A stretch of DNA of 35,690 nt, from positions 1 to 35,690 of the IMG/VR virus record IMGVR_UViG_3300045971_000156; one strand, written 5' to 3'. The first letter of the stretch is position 1. Each line of letters starts with the position of its first letter. Shown one piece after another: positions 15,587 through 23,869 of this stretch. The notes beneath the pieces are model-generated. The model was not told the origin of the DNA. It saw only the letters and a program-made list of their open reading frames with translations, and made no database searches. Position numbers and translations under genes: made by a program. Source of the stretch: a virus.

Positions 15587-16291
15587 ATGGGACTACTCGA
15601 TAACATCAATTTCCAGCAAAAGAAGGGTGAAGGCTCGTATCTTCAGCAACAATACCCTGAAATCCTTGGCGCACTGAAAGGACTGATGGGTACTGCACCT
15701 GATGAAGTCGGTGGGTCGGTGCTTGACCAGTTCCACCAACAAGTCAAAGATGGTGCTGATGTTGGATACGCAACCAATTTAGTTTCTGGCTTGTTTCCAT
15801 TCGCAGCGACTAAAGCACTTGGCTTCAGCAAAATACCTTCGATGCTTAATGAAATAAGTCAAATTTATCAAGATACTGGACAAATCAAGAAGTTAAGCAA
15901 AATTCCTGCTGTTGTCCTTTCAAAGGCAGAACAAGACGCATTTAATGCTGCTAGGGTCGGTAAAGAACCTAGATTAACCTCACCTGTACTTGATTACAGG
16001 GGAAATCATCACTTCAACAGTAGGGGTCCAACAGAATACGGGAACAACTACACAAATGAAGATTTATTACAGCAACTAGACGCTATATCAGGTCAGAACT
16101 TGTTTTTAAGAAATGACAGAGTTGGTCCAGCATTGCAGACGATAGGGAAACGGGTTGACAACTACGGGAAAACCGTTCGTGATAAAGCTGTAATAGCTGT
16201 TGATCAAAACGGTAAAGGAGAGTTATTTTCCATCATTCCTGAAGGAGATGGATTGAGAAAAGGGGAAAAGGTCCAGAGTACACCGCGTTGA
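15587..16291 (+). CDS. Hypothetical protein (234 aa), N-terminus MGLLD
   Basis: Track ORF with a GGGGTGAG RBS. The 3' two-thirds have lower GC than the flanking genes by my spot counts. Confidence 0.6.
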   Translation: MGLLDNINFQQKKGEGSYLQQQYPEILGALKGLMGTAPDEVGGSVLDQFHQQVKDGADVGYATNLVSGLFPFAATKALGFSKIPSMLNEISQIYQDTGQIKKLSKIPAVVLSKAEQDAFNAARVGKEPRLTSPVLDYRGNHHFNSRGPTEYGNNYTNEDLLQQLDAISGQNLFLRNDRVGPALQTIGKRVDNYGKTVRDKAVIAVDQNGKGELFSIIPEGDGLRKGEKVQSTPR

Positions 16292-16392
16292 TCCGGGGAC
16301 CGTGCTTGTCCTGTTTCAGACAAGATCCGGAAAAGTGTAACAGCAGAACCTTTGCAAGCATTCTACAGCCAAAAAATCAGGCTTGTCAATTC

Positions 16393-16414
16393 CCCTTTAC
16401 CACTGCTGACAATA
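16393..16414 (+). promoter_or_regulatory. Late motif copy 3: CCCTTTACCactgCTGACAATA
   Basis: GACAAT lies at 16408-16413. The A of the ATG at 16420 is the 7th nt after the hexamer. Confidence 0.55.
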
Positions 16415-16419
16415 CCCAC

Positions 16420-16719
16420 ATGGACGATAAATCACTGTCATTGCGTGGTCGTGAAGCACAGTCTTTGCTGGATAACCCACTACTGACTGAAGCACTAGCA
16501 ACCATGCGTAAAGCTACGGTAGATCAGTGGAAAGACATGGATCTCCGTGATAAGGAGGGTGCGTTACTTCTGCTTCAAATGGCAAAAGTAACTGATCGAT
16601 TTGAAGGCATTTTGAGGGGCATTGTGGACACCGGGAAACTGGCACAACGCCGCATTGATTTGGACGCAATCCGCGATGAACCCGCTGCAAGGCGATTCAT
16701 GCGTAAGGTTTACGGCTAG
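16420..16719 (+). CDS. Hypothetical protein (99 aa), possibly translated from a leaderless mRNA
   Basis: This is an internal ATG of track ORF 16288..16719, whose own start is a TTG inside the previous stop codon. The upstream 44 codons look non-coding and contain motif copy 3. There is no Shine-Dalgarno. Confidence 0.6.
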   Translation: MDDKSLSLRGREAQSLLDNPLLTEALATMRKATVDQWKDMDLRDKEGALLLLQMAKVTDRFEGILRGIVDTGKLAQRRIDLDAIRDEPAARRFMRKVYG

Positions 16720-16733
16720 GTACTTAGCTTTTT
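16715..16733 (+). terminator. Weak candidate intrinsic terminator
   Basis: GCTAG-GTAC-TTAGC forms a 5-bp stem with one G-U pair, followed by TTTTT. It overlaps the stop codon. Confidence 0.25.
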
Positions 16734-16800
16734 AGCGAATGCAGCGATGCACCGCAATCCCTTCTAGTACCAAGAGGGGGGATTTTGATGGAAACTGAAA

Positions 16801-17778
16801 ATGAGCGAACAAGCTTCGGCACTCGCGCCAGAGTCAGGAAATCTGAGCGACTTGGCTAACTTTCTTGCGGAAACTCCCGAACAGGAACCCGTTGACGAGG
16901 AAGAACAGTCAGAAACCGTAGACGAATCGACCCCTGAATCTAACGAATCAGGCGATACCGAGGACTCTCAAAACGACGAACAGGACGTTGACCCGGAAAA
17001 CCCGGACGATGAACAACCTGCACCCGTTGAAAATAAGATCACCGTCAAGGTGAAGGCAGACGATGGTACTGAAGAAACCTTGGAGCTAACGCCCGAGGAC
17101 ATCGCAGGAAGCTATCTACGCCAAAAGGACTACACCAAGAAGACCCAAGAATTGGCTAAACGTGAAAACGATGCAGTCGAGTTTTTGAAGTCAAAGCACG
17201 AGAGTATTCGCCAAGAATATTTATCACAGGCTGAACTTGCACGGGCAGCGGTGATTCAGATGGCGGGTATCAAAACCGAGGATGAGTTGGCTCAATTAGC
17301 TAGTTCTGACCCGGCGGCATGGGTGAGTGAGACACAGCGACAGCGGCAGATCAGCAACTACTTGAACGCTCTTGATCAACAGATCAACGGTGAAAAGCAC
17401 AAGGCTGAAACGGAATCCAAGCAGAGACAGGCGCAATCCTTACAGCAACAGTACGCCCATGCATGGGATGCACTTAGCAAAGAAAAGATTGATAAACCTG
17501 CACTTGCAAAGATTTACGGTGACGTGAACAAATCCTATGGTTTCTCCAACGAGGAACTAGGTAATGTTTATGACCCTCGCCTAGTGAAGATGATGCGTGA
17601 CGCTACTGCTTATCAAGCACTTAAAGCCAACAAAGGCAACGTCACCAAACAAGTCTCAGCTTCACCGAAATTGCCACAACGACAAGCTAACCCGGCAAAA
17701 GAGATCGACAGGGCTATGGACAACAAGTTCAAGTCAGGTCGGGCAAAACTTAACGATTTAGCCGCATATCTGCGGTAA
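16801..17778 (+). CDS. Putative scaffolding protein (325 aa)
   Basis: It sits directly upstream of the capsid gene. It has a highly acidic N-terminus and a long, Q/E/K/A-rich, helix-prone body. Confidence 0.6.
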   Translation: MSEQASALAPESGNLSDLANFLAETPEQEPVDEEEQSETVDESTPESNESGDTEDSQNDEQDVDPENPDDEQPAPVENKITVKVKADDGTEETLELTPEDIAGSYLRQKDYTKKTQELAKRENDAVEFLKSKHESIRQEYLSQAELARAAVIQMAGIKTEDELAQLASSDPAAWVSETQRQRQISNYLNALDQQINGEKHKAETESKQRQAQSLQQQYAHAWDALSKEKIDKPALAKIYGDVNKSYGFSNEELGNVYDPRLVKMMRDATAYQALKANKGNVTKQVSASPKLPQRQANPAKEIDRAMDNKFKSGRAKLNDLAAYLR

Positions 17779-17790
17779 GAAAGAAACAAA

Positions 17791-18771
17791 ATGGCAATTC
17801 CTACTAACCTATGGCAAAAGACTAACACTGGCTTCAAAGGCGCTCGTGAGGACTTGCTCGACAAGATCTTCAACACCTCGCCAACTGAAACGCCAGTTAC
17901 CTCGGCAATGGGCCGCGTCACTGCGACTTCCGATTTTCATGAATGGCAGACCGACGCCTTGGCTTCCGCTGACCCGGCAAACAAGATGGTTGAAGGCGAC
18001 GACGCCGCGCTCGCTGTCCTGACTGGTACTTCACGCTTGGGCAATCACCTGCAAACCTTCAACGGTGCAGTGGGTGTGTCTCGCCGCGCTCAGATCATCA
18101 AGAAAGCTGGTAGAGCGACAGAAATGAGCTACCAAAAGGGCAAAAAAATGCTCGAAATTAAGCGCAACATAGAAGCTATGGTCTTGTCACCGACTCAAGT
18201 GGCTATCGCAGCTACCGTGTCTGTAGCAGGTCAATCTGGTGGTCTTGGTGTTCAGTGCGTGTCCAACCCGTTGCATAACGGTGCTGGTGCTACTGCCGCT
18301 TGGACCTCTGGCGCTCCTACTGCCGCAATCACTGCTGGTACGAACCGCACTTGGACGAAAACCCTGCTTGACACGGCTTGCCAGAACGTCTTTACGACCT
18401 CTGGTTCGTTCGCTGAAATGCTGGTGGTTTCCCCCAACCACAAGTCTCTGTTCTCTGCTTTCGCATCGGTGGCTCAAAACCGCATCGACGTGAAGGGTGG
18501 CAAGAACTCCCAGGCAACCATCGTCGGTGGTGCTGAAGTATACCTGTCGGACTTTGGTGGTATCACCGTGATGCCTCACTACCTGATGGCGTCTGGCGAT
18601 ACGGCTTACTTGTTGAACACTGACTACCTTGATCTGGCATTCTTGGACGGTTTCGTTACCTCCGACCTCGCCAAGACGGGTGACAGCGAGCGTGTTTTGA
18701 TCACGGCTGATGCTTGCTTGGCAGTTCGCGCTCCTACAGCACAGGCAAAAATCACCAACCTGACCCCGTAA
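17791..18771 (+). CDS. Major capsid protein (326 aa), HK97-fold family
   Basis: The N-terminal block REDLLDKIFNTSPTETPVTSAMGRVTATSDFHEWQTDALA matches a capsid family I remember from SU10-type and other podoviruses. It follows the scaffold gene and is followed by the strongest terminator in the window. Confidence 0.85.
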   Translation: MAIPTNLWQKTNTGFKGAREDLLDKIFNTSPTETPVTSAMGRVTATSDFHEWQTDALASADPANKMVEGDDAALAVLTGTSRLGNHLQTFNGAVGVSRRAQIIKKAGRATEMSYQKGKKMLEIKRNIEAMVLSPTQVAIAATVSVAGQSGGLGVQCVSNPLHNGAGATAAWTSGAPTAAITAGTNRTWTKTLLDTACQNVFTTSGSFAEMLVVSPNHKSLFSAFASVAQNRIDVKGGKNSQATIVGGAEVYLSDFGGITVMPHYLMASGDTAYLLNTDYLDLAFLDGFVTSDLAKTGDSERVLITADACLAVRAPTAQAKITNLTP

Positions 18772-18790
18772 TACGGTTTTGCGTTGTCTT

Positions 18791-18818
18791 AAGGCTCACT
18801 TCGGTGGGCCTTTTTTTA
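18791..18818 (+). terminator. Rho-independent terminator after the capsid gene
   Basis: AAGGCTCAC-TTCG-GTGGGCCTT forms a 9-bp stem with one G-U pair and a TTCG tetraloop, followed by a T-run (tttttttat). Confidence 0.85.
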
Positions 18819-18841
18819 TGCTCCGCATTAACCAAAGTTAG

Positions 18842-18863
18842 CCCTTTACCGTTGCTGACAATA
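18842..18863 (+). promoter_or_regulatory. Late motif copy 4: CCCTTTACCgttgCTGACAATA
   Basis: It lies 24 nt after the terminator. GACAAT is at 18857-18862, 27 nt before the ATG at 18889, which has a TAGGAG RBS. Confidence 0.65.
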
Positions 18864-18888
18864 CTCCTATTAGCTAGGAGTTTTACGC

Positions 18889-19206
18889 ATGGAAATCGAA
18901 AGCAATCTAACGATTGACGATGGTGTAAATGAGTTTGGAACTAAGCGTGAAATCATCCTTGAGGGTGATCAGATCGTTGAAAAGCTGACGTATGACGCTG
19001 AACCATTGCTCAGATACGCTGAACAAGCACGGATAGCCACCCGTGGTGATAGTTGGGGTAATGGTCACTTTGTAGGGGTCATTCCAATTCCTGAATTGGT
19101 AAATATACAAAAAACATTCCAAGGTGCAGAAGAAAGAAAACACGCAATTCTTTCCTATATCAAAAACAGGCCAAAGTATGCAACCTTTGAGAAGTTCCTC
19201 AAATGA
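18889..19206 (+). CDS. Hypothetical virion-module protein (105 aa)
   Basis: Track ORF with a good RBS. Confidence 0.65.
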   Translation: MEIESNLTIDDGVNEFGTKREIILEGDQIVEKLTYDAEPLLRYAEQARIATRGDSWGNGHFVGVIPIPELVNIQKTFQGAEERKHAILSYIKNRPKYATFEKFLK

Positions 19207-19796
19207 GCACCTACGCCACACTACAAACAGACGTTGCAGACTACCTGCACCGCACTGACTTGACGGCAAAGATGCCGACGTTCATCGCCCAGGCTGAAGC
19301 GTCTATCTTTCGTGAGATTTCAATCAAGGCCACAGAAACGTCTGTAATCGGCGTTACGGTAGGTGGATATGCAATCCTTCCTGTTAATTTTGGATCGGTC
19401 ACAAGGCTTTCTATCACGGCTAATGGCACAGCTAGGGTTCTGGATTACATTGCTTTAGCCGACACAGCAACGGCAAGCATATCAACGCCGGGTTTCTATT
19501 CATTTGAAAACGGTAATCTGAGGATTTGGGGATCAACAGATGGTCAGGCTTACACGCTTTACTACATCCCAACGATTACCCCACTGTCAAACATCAACAC
19601 GACAAATTGGGTGCTTACCAATGCGTCTGATCTTTATCTGTACGCTACCGCACTAGAAGCAGCTAAGTACATCCGTGACGATGCACAGATTCAAGGTCTA
19701 ACCGGGATGGTGGGTGCAATCGTAGATTCTGTTCGCAGATTGGCTGAACGTGTGGGTGTGCCGTCTAGTGGGTCTTTGCAGATCAAGGCACGGTAA
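19203..19796 (+). CDS. Putative head-tail adaptor (197 aa)
   Basis: The N-terminus LQTDVADYLHRTDLTAKMPTFIAQAEASIFRE is typical of adaptor/connector proteins. Size and position (before a large nozzle-like gene) resemble T7 gp11-type adaptors. The start is ATGA-coupled. Confidence 0.45.
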   Translation: MSTYATLQTDVADYLHRTDLTAKMPTFIAQAEASIFREISIKATETSVIGVTVGGYAILPVNFGSVTRLSITANGTARVLDYIALADTATASISTPGFYSFENGNLRIWGSTDGQAYTLYYIPTITPLSNINTTNWVLTNASDLYLYATALEAAKYIRDDAQIQGLTGMVGAIVDSVRRLAERVGVPSSGSLQIKAR

Positions 19797-21352
19797 TGCC
19801 TTTTACTCACATCAAACAGGTAGGTCAGTACGGTGTAAACCGTGACCTATCGTCGTCTGAACTTTCACCTAATTCCTGGACAGACTGTCAAAACATCCGA
19901 TTTCTTGACGGGTCGGCGTATCAGTTCTATGGTCATGGTGAGGTTTTCCCCGGTACGGTGGTAGAGCCTTACCACGTTTTGCCTGTTTCTGTCTTAGGTG
20001 TAAGAAACTGGCTTTACGCTGGTGCGAACAAGATTTATCAAGTCAATGCTACTGGTGGGGTTGTTACCCACACCAACATCACCCGACAGACTGCATTGGT
20101 TGATGTGAACTACGCAGCAACTAAGAACAGTTGGACTTCTACTGTTTTGGGCGGGATTCCCGTTCTAAATAACGGAGTTGACGTTCCGCAAATGTGGTCG
20201 TTGTCAGGTAAATGCACCGCACTAACCAATTTCCCGGCATCAACTACCTGTGCAGTGATCAGGGCTTACAAAAACAGCCTGATTGCTTTGAACGTGACCA
20301 AGACAGGGACTAACTACCCATTCATGGTGAAGTGGTCACACCCGGCAGACCCAGGAACTGTACCTGTATCTTGGGACATTGCAGATGCGACTAAGGACGC
20401 TGGTGAAGTTGATTTGGCAGAAGGGTACGACTCCATTGTGGATGGTCTAGCCCTTCGTGATTCATTCGTTATCTACAAACAGCAATCGGTTTGGAGAATG
20501 GATTACACAGGTGGGCCATATATCTACAAATTCTCCAAGGTACTCGGTACGTCAGGGGCCATGAATCGGAACTGCATCACCGAACTTGACGGACAACACT
20601 TCGTATTGACGGCTGATGATGTGGTGATCCATGACGGTAATCAGGCGGTTTCTGTTTTAGATAAACAGACAAGACGTTTCCTGTTTGCCAACATTGACTC
20701 ACAACTGGTTAATCTTTGCTTCGTTTTCAAAAACCCGTACATGAATGAGGTTTTTGTTTGTTATCCAAGCGCCGGGGCTACATCCTGCAATCAGGCGATG
20801 GTCTGGAATTGGGTTGATAAAACGATCAGTTTCAGGGAAATTCCAAGTCTCAATCATGCACAAGTTGGTGCGTTGGACAACGGACTTTCTCAGACGTTTG
20901 ACGGTGATGAAAGTCCTTTCGACAGCGACATTACCGCATTCAACGCAGGGGACTTCACACCTGACATTGCCCGTGTGGTGATGGCAAGCGGGGGCACCAA
21001 ACTCTACCAACTGGACAGCAGCACGACATTTAACGGGACGTTGCCTACAGCCTACCTGGAGCGTAAGGGACTGCATTTTGATGCACCTGAATCAATCAAG
21101 TTGATTAAGAGTATCAGACCAAGGATTGCAGGCACGAACGGAGCGACGGTCAACATTCAAGTCGGTTGGTCAAACGAGCCTTATGAGGCACCTACCTACG
21201 GGTCTGTGATCCCGTTCACTATTGGGACTTCTGTTAGCTGCGACACCATGACTTCAGGTAGGTATATGGCGATTAAATTCTCTAGCGGAACTGCTTACCA
21301 GTGGCGGTTAGATTCGTACTCGATTGACGCACAGATTTCGGGGGCATGGTGA
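19796..21352 (+). CDS. Putative tail hub / nozzle protein (518 aa)
   Basis: It follows the adaptor-like gene. The N-terminal block GVNRDLSSSELSPNSWTDCQNIRFLDG resembles tail tubular B-like proteins of podoviruses (from memory). Confidence 0.4.
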   Translation: MPFTHIKQVGQYGVNRDLSSSELSPNSWTDCQNIRFLDGSAYQFYGHGEVFPGTVVEPYHVLPVSVLGVRNWLYAGANKIYQVNATGGVVTHTNITRQTALVDVNYAATKNSWTSTVLGGIPVLNNGVDVPQMWSLSGKCTALTNFPASTTCAVIRAYKNSLIALNVTKTGTNYPFMVKWSHPADPGTVPVSWDIADATKDAGEVDLAEGYDSIVDGLALRDSFVIYKQQSVWRMDYTGGPYIYKFSKVLGTSGAMNRNCITELDGQHFVLTADDVVIHDGNQAVSVLDKQTRRFLFANIDSQLVNLCFVFKNPYMNEVFVCYPSAGATSCNQAMVWNWVDKTISFREIPSLNHAQVGALDNGLSQTFDGDESPFDSDITAFNAGDFTPDIARVVMASGGTKLYQLDSSTTFNGTLPTAYLERKGLHFDAPESIKLIKSIRPRIAGTNGATVNIQVGWSNEPYEAPTYGSVIPFTIGTSVSCDTMTSGRYMAIKFSSGTAYQWRLDSYSIDAQISGAW

Positions 21353-21615
21353 GATCAACACAGGGTCAGATCAACAGATATGCGGCTAGTCCCGTTCCTA
21401 GCGGTGATTTGTCCACGTTTCTAAAGATTGAACTAGCAAGGATTGAATCAGCGATGAATGCTATCGCTGATGGTCAGTTGGACGTGACTACAGTAGCACC
21501 TACAAAGCCTCGTGACGGGATGATTCGCATGGCAGATGGGACAAGTTGGTCACCGGGTGGATTGGGTGCAGGGGTGTACTGTTATTACGCAGGAAATTGG
21601 GTCAAGTTAGGCTAA
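21346..21615 (+). CDS. Conserved small virion protein (89 aa)
   Basis: The PTKPRDGMIRMADGTSWSPGGLGAGVYCYYAGNWVKL block recurs in many podophage tail modules. Its function is unknown. Confidence 0.6.
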   Translation: MVRSTQGQINRYAASPVPSGDLSTFLKIELARIESAMNAIADGQLDVTTVAPTKPRDGMIRMADGTSWSPGGLGAGVYCYYAGNWVKLG

Positions 21616-21626
21616 AGGAATAAATC

Positions 21627-22562
21627 ATGGCAACAGCATTAAATCTAGGTTTTGGGGCATCAAATCCCTACGTTGCTAATCAAGCAACAGCGTTGCAAAA
21701 CGCAAGCAATCAAAACCTTCAACAGAACGTCATGCCTGGTATCGGTCAGGGCGCACAGATGGCGGGTGGGTACGGTGGATCACGTCAAGGGATTGCCCAA
21801 GGTGTCGCTGCGGGTAACGCTCAGACAGGCGTGGATTCAGCTACTGCGAATCTTTACTCAAATGCCTACGCACAGGATCAAAATGCACAGTTGCAGCGTG
21901 ATCAGATGGCGGCACAGCAATCAATAGCATCAATGCAGAATCAAACCGCGCAACGTGGTCAGGATAAGAGCTATGACCTTGGAATGGCAAACAACGATGT
22001 AAACCGACTCGGGGTAAACAATCAGTTCACTCTTGGACAGGGAAACCTTGCGCTAGGAAATCGTCAGGCCGATCAATCTTACGGACTTGGTCTTGGTAAT
22101 CTTGGTCTTGGCTATCAAAATAGCGATCAGCAATATAACCTTGGACTTGGAAACCTTGCTGTAAATAACAAACAAGCCGATAACACCTACTCATTGGGTC
22201 AGGGTCAGTTGCAGAACCAATTTCTTGCCAATAAAAATAACTATGACCTTGGATTACGTCAGAATGATCTAGGCTTTGCAGGTTTGGATGCAAGCATTTC
22301 CAACAACAATTTCAACAATCAACTAAGTTCCGCTAACTTTGGTCTGAATGCTTTCAAAACACAGCAAGATGCAAACAACCAAGGCATTCAAGCTGGTACA
22401 CAGATTCAGAATACTCCTTACGACTATTGGAATGGCTTTAATACATCTGCAAATAACGTAGGTAACGGACTTCCAAGCACGACACAGAGCCAAACCGCAT
22501 CGGGTAATCCGTGGCTAGGTGCTTTGGGTGGATGGCAACTTGGCTCAAAAATTGGTGGATAA
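21627..22562 (+). CDS. Q/N/G-rich low-complexity protein (311 aa), putative internal/ejection protein
   Basis: It contains repeated Y-x-LGLGNL units and lies in a run of large genes before the tail fibres. Confidence 0.55.
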   Translation: MATALNLGFGASNPYVANQATALQNASNQNLQQNVMPGIGQGAQMAGGYGGSRQGIAQGVAAGNAQTGVDSATANLYSNAYAQDQNAQLQRDQMAAQQSIASMQNQTAQRGQDKSYDLGMANNDVNRLGVNNQFTLGQGNLALGNRQADQSYGLGLGNLGLGYQNSDQQYNLGLGNLAVNNKQADNTYSLGQGQLQNQFLANKNNYDLGLRQNDLGFAGLDASISNNNFNNQLSSANFGLNAFKTQQDANNQGIQAGTQIQNTPYDYWNGFNTSANNVGNGLPSTTQSQTASGNPWLGALGGWQLGSKIGG

Positions 22563-22571
22563 GGACTAATC

Positions 22572-23867
22572 ATGGCAGACACTAACCCGTTCACATTAGA
22601 TTATCAACAGTTCTTACAGGCAATGCAGCCTTATGCTGCGGCCAATGGTGGATCGTACAACTGGAACAGTCCTGAAGGACAAAACGGAAGTGTCGGTCTT
22701 ACGTTAGCCAACGGTAAGACATGGGCACCAAGTGGCGCGGCTTCAGGTGTTGAGTTTATTCCTAAAGGGACTAAAAAATATATTGGTCCTAACCCTGGAT
22801 CAAACAAATTTGAACGGTCGATTGGAGACCCCTATGCTGATCCAGCTAACTATGCTGCACCAACGTCTGAGGATACTTGGAAAATATCGGGTGATATGTC
22901 TGCATTGTTAGGTCAAAACGATACCAATGCTCATAAAACGATCGAATATCGGCAACAAGACGGTAAGTTAATTCCTACCAAAACTGAGGATTGGCAGAAT
23001 AAAAACACTGGTTTTGGTGGATTTCTAAAAGATGCGTTATCCACAGACGCATTCAAGGCATTTGGGTTACTCACAGGCGCAAGCATGTTAGGTGGTCTTG
23101 GTGGCGCTGGAAGCGGTTTAGACGCAGCAGGAGGTGCGCTAGGCGGTGCAGATGCTGCTGCTAATGCAGGACTTGCGTATGGTGGCGCGGCAGACGCAGG
23201 GGGGGGTCTGCTATCTGGTGCAGCAGGACTAGACGCAGCGGGGGGTGCTATCGGTGGAGCGCAAGCTGCTGCTGACGCTGGTCTAGCTTACGCAAACGGT
23301 TTAACTGCTGCTGACATAGCGGCTATGGGTGGTTCTGTGGGTGGTGCTGCTGGATTTGGTAATGTTGTTTCATCTGGTTCAGGTCTTTTATCTGGTTTAG
23401 GTTCTATCGGAACTGTATTAAAAGATAACGCAGGTTTGATAGGTGCTGGTCTAGGTGCAATTGCTAGTGGACAAGACCAAACCCAATCCACAACAGCTTC
23501 TAAAGAGCCGTGGGCAGCGGCAGCACCTTGGATGAAGCAAAACCTAGCCACAGGTCAGAAGTTGCAGGATTACTACCAAAACAATCCATTCAACGATCAG
23601 CAAAAATCCTCTTACCAAAACCTGTTCACGGGCATTGACAACTTCAACCAGAACACCATGCCAGCACTGACAGACTTTGCTAACCGTGGCATGAATACAG
23701 CCTATCAGCGTCCTACAGGTGGTGCGGTGGGTAGTGGTGGTGGGTACGGTGGTGCTGTGCAGCCTGGTGGCCTTATGGGTACAGGTGGGCGTGGTTTAAC
23801 TGCGCCACAGATGCAGTCGCTTGGTCAAATTGATTGGACAAAGGTTAACCCCTTTGCAAAGGTGTAA
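22572..23867 (+). CDS. Gly/Ala-rich protein (431 aa), putative internal/ejection protein
   Basis: The central GLDAAGGALGGADAAANAGLAYGG block is duplicated as GLDAAGGAIGGAQAAADAGLAYAN. Confidence 0.55.
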   Translation: MADTNPFTLDYQQFLQAMQPYAAANGGSYNWNSPEGQNGSVGLTLANGKTWAPSGAASGVEFIPKGTKKYIGPNPGSNKFERSIGDPYADPANYAAPTSEDTWKISGDMSALLGQNDTNAHKTIEYRQQDGKLIPTKTEDWQNKNTGFGGFLKDALSTDAFKAFGLLTGASMLGGLGGAGSGLDAAGGALGGADAAANAGLAYGGAADAGGGLLSGAAGLDAAGGAIGGAQAAADAGLAYANGLTAADIAAMGGSVGGAAGFGNVVSSGSGLLSGLGSIGTVLKDNAGLIGAGLGAIASGQDQTQSTTASKEPWAAAAPWMKQNLATGQKLQDYYQNNPFNDQQKSSYQNLFTGIDNFNQNTMPALTDFANRGMNTAYQRPTGGAVGSGGGYGGAVQPGGLMGTGGRGLTAPQMQSLGQIDWTKVNPFAKV

Positions 23868-23869
23868 AC

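Noticed and set aside
16288-16419. N-terminal 44-codon extension of track ORF 16288..16719
   Set aside because: It starts at a TTG inside the previous stop codon. It translates through late motif copy 3, and the peptide (MIRGPCLSCFRQDPEKCNSR...) looks non-coding. I prefer the ATG at 16420.
16788-16859. ATG at 16788 with a better-spaced GAGGGGGGA RBS than the scaffold ATG at 16801
   Set aside because: That frame terminates after 23 codons, and the 16801 frame gives the full 325-aa scaffold-like protein. It could be a short upstream ORF, but I have no support for it beyond RBS spacing.
18187-18579. Antisense and alternative-frame ORFs within the capsid gene (18187..18579 -, 18239..18493 +, 18252..18443 -)
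   Set aside because: These are shadow frames of a high-confidence capsid gene. The same logic applies to 9280..9734 (-) in terL, 10925..12117 (-) in portal, 27501..27836 (-), 23288..23551 (-), 20699..21076 (-) and similar track entries.
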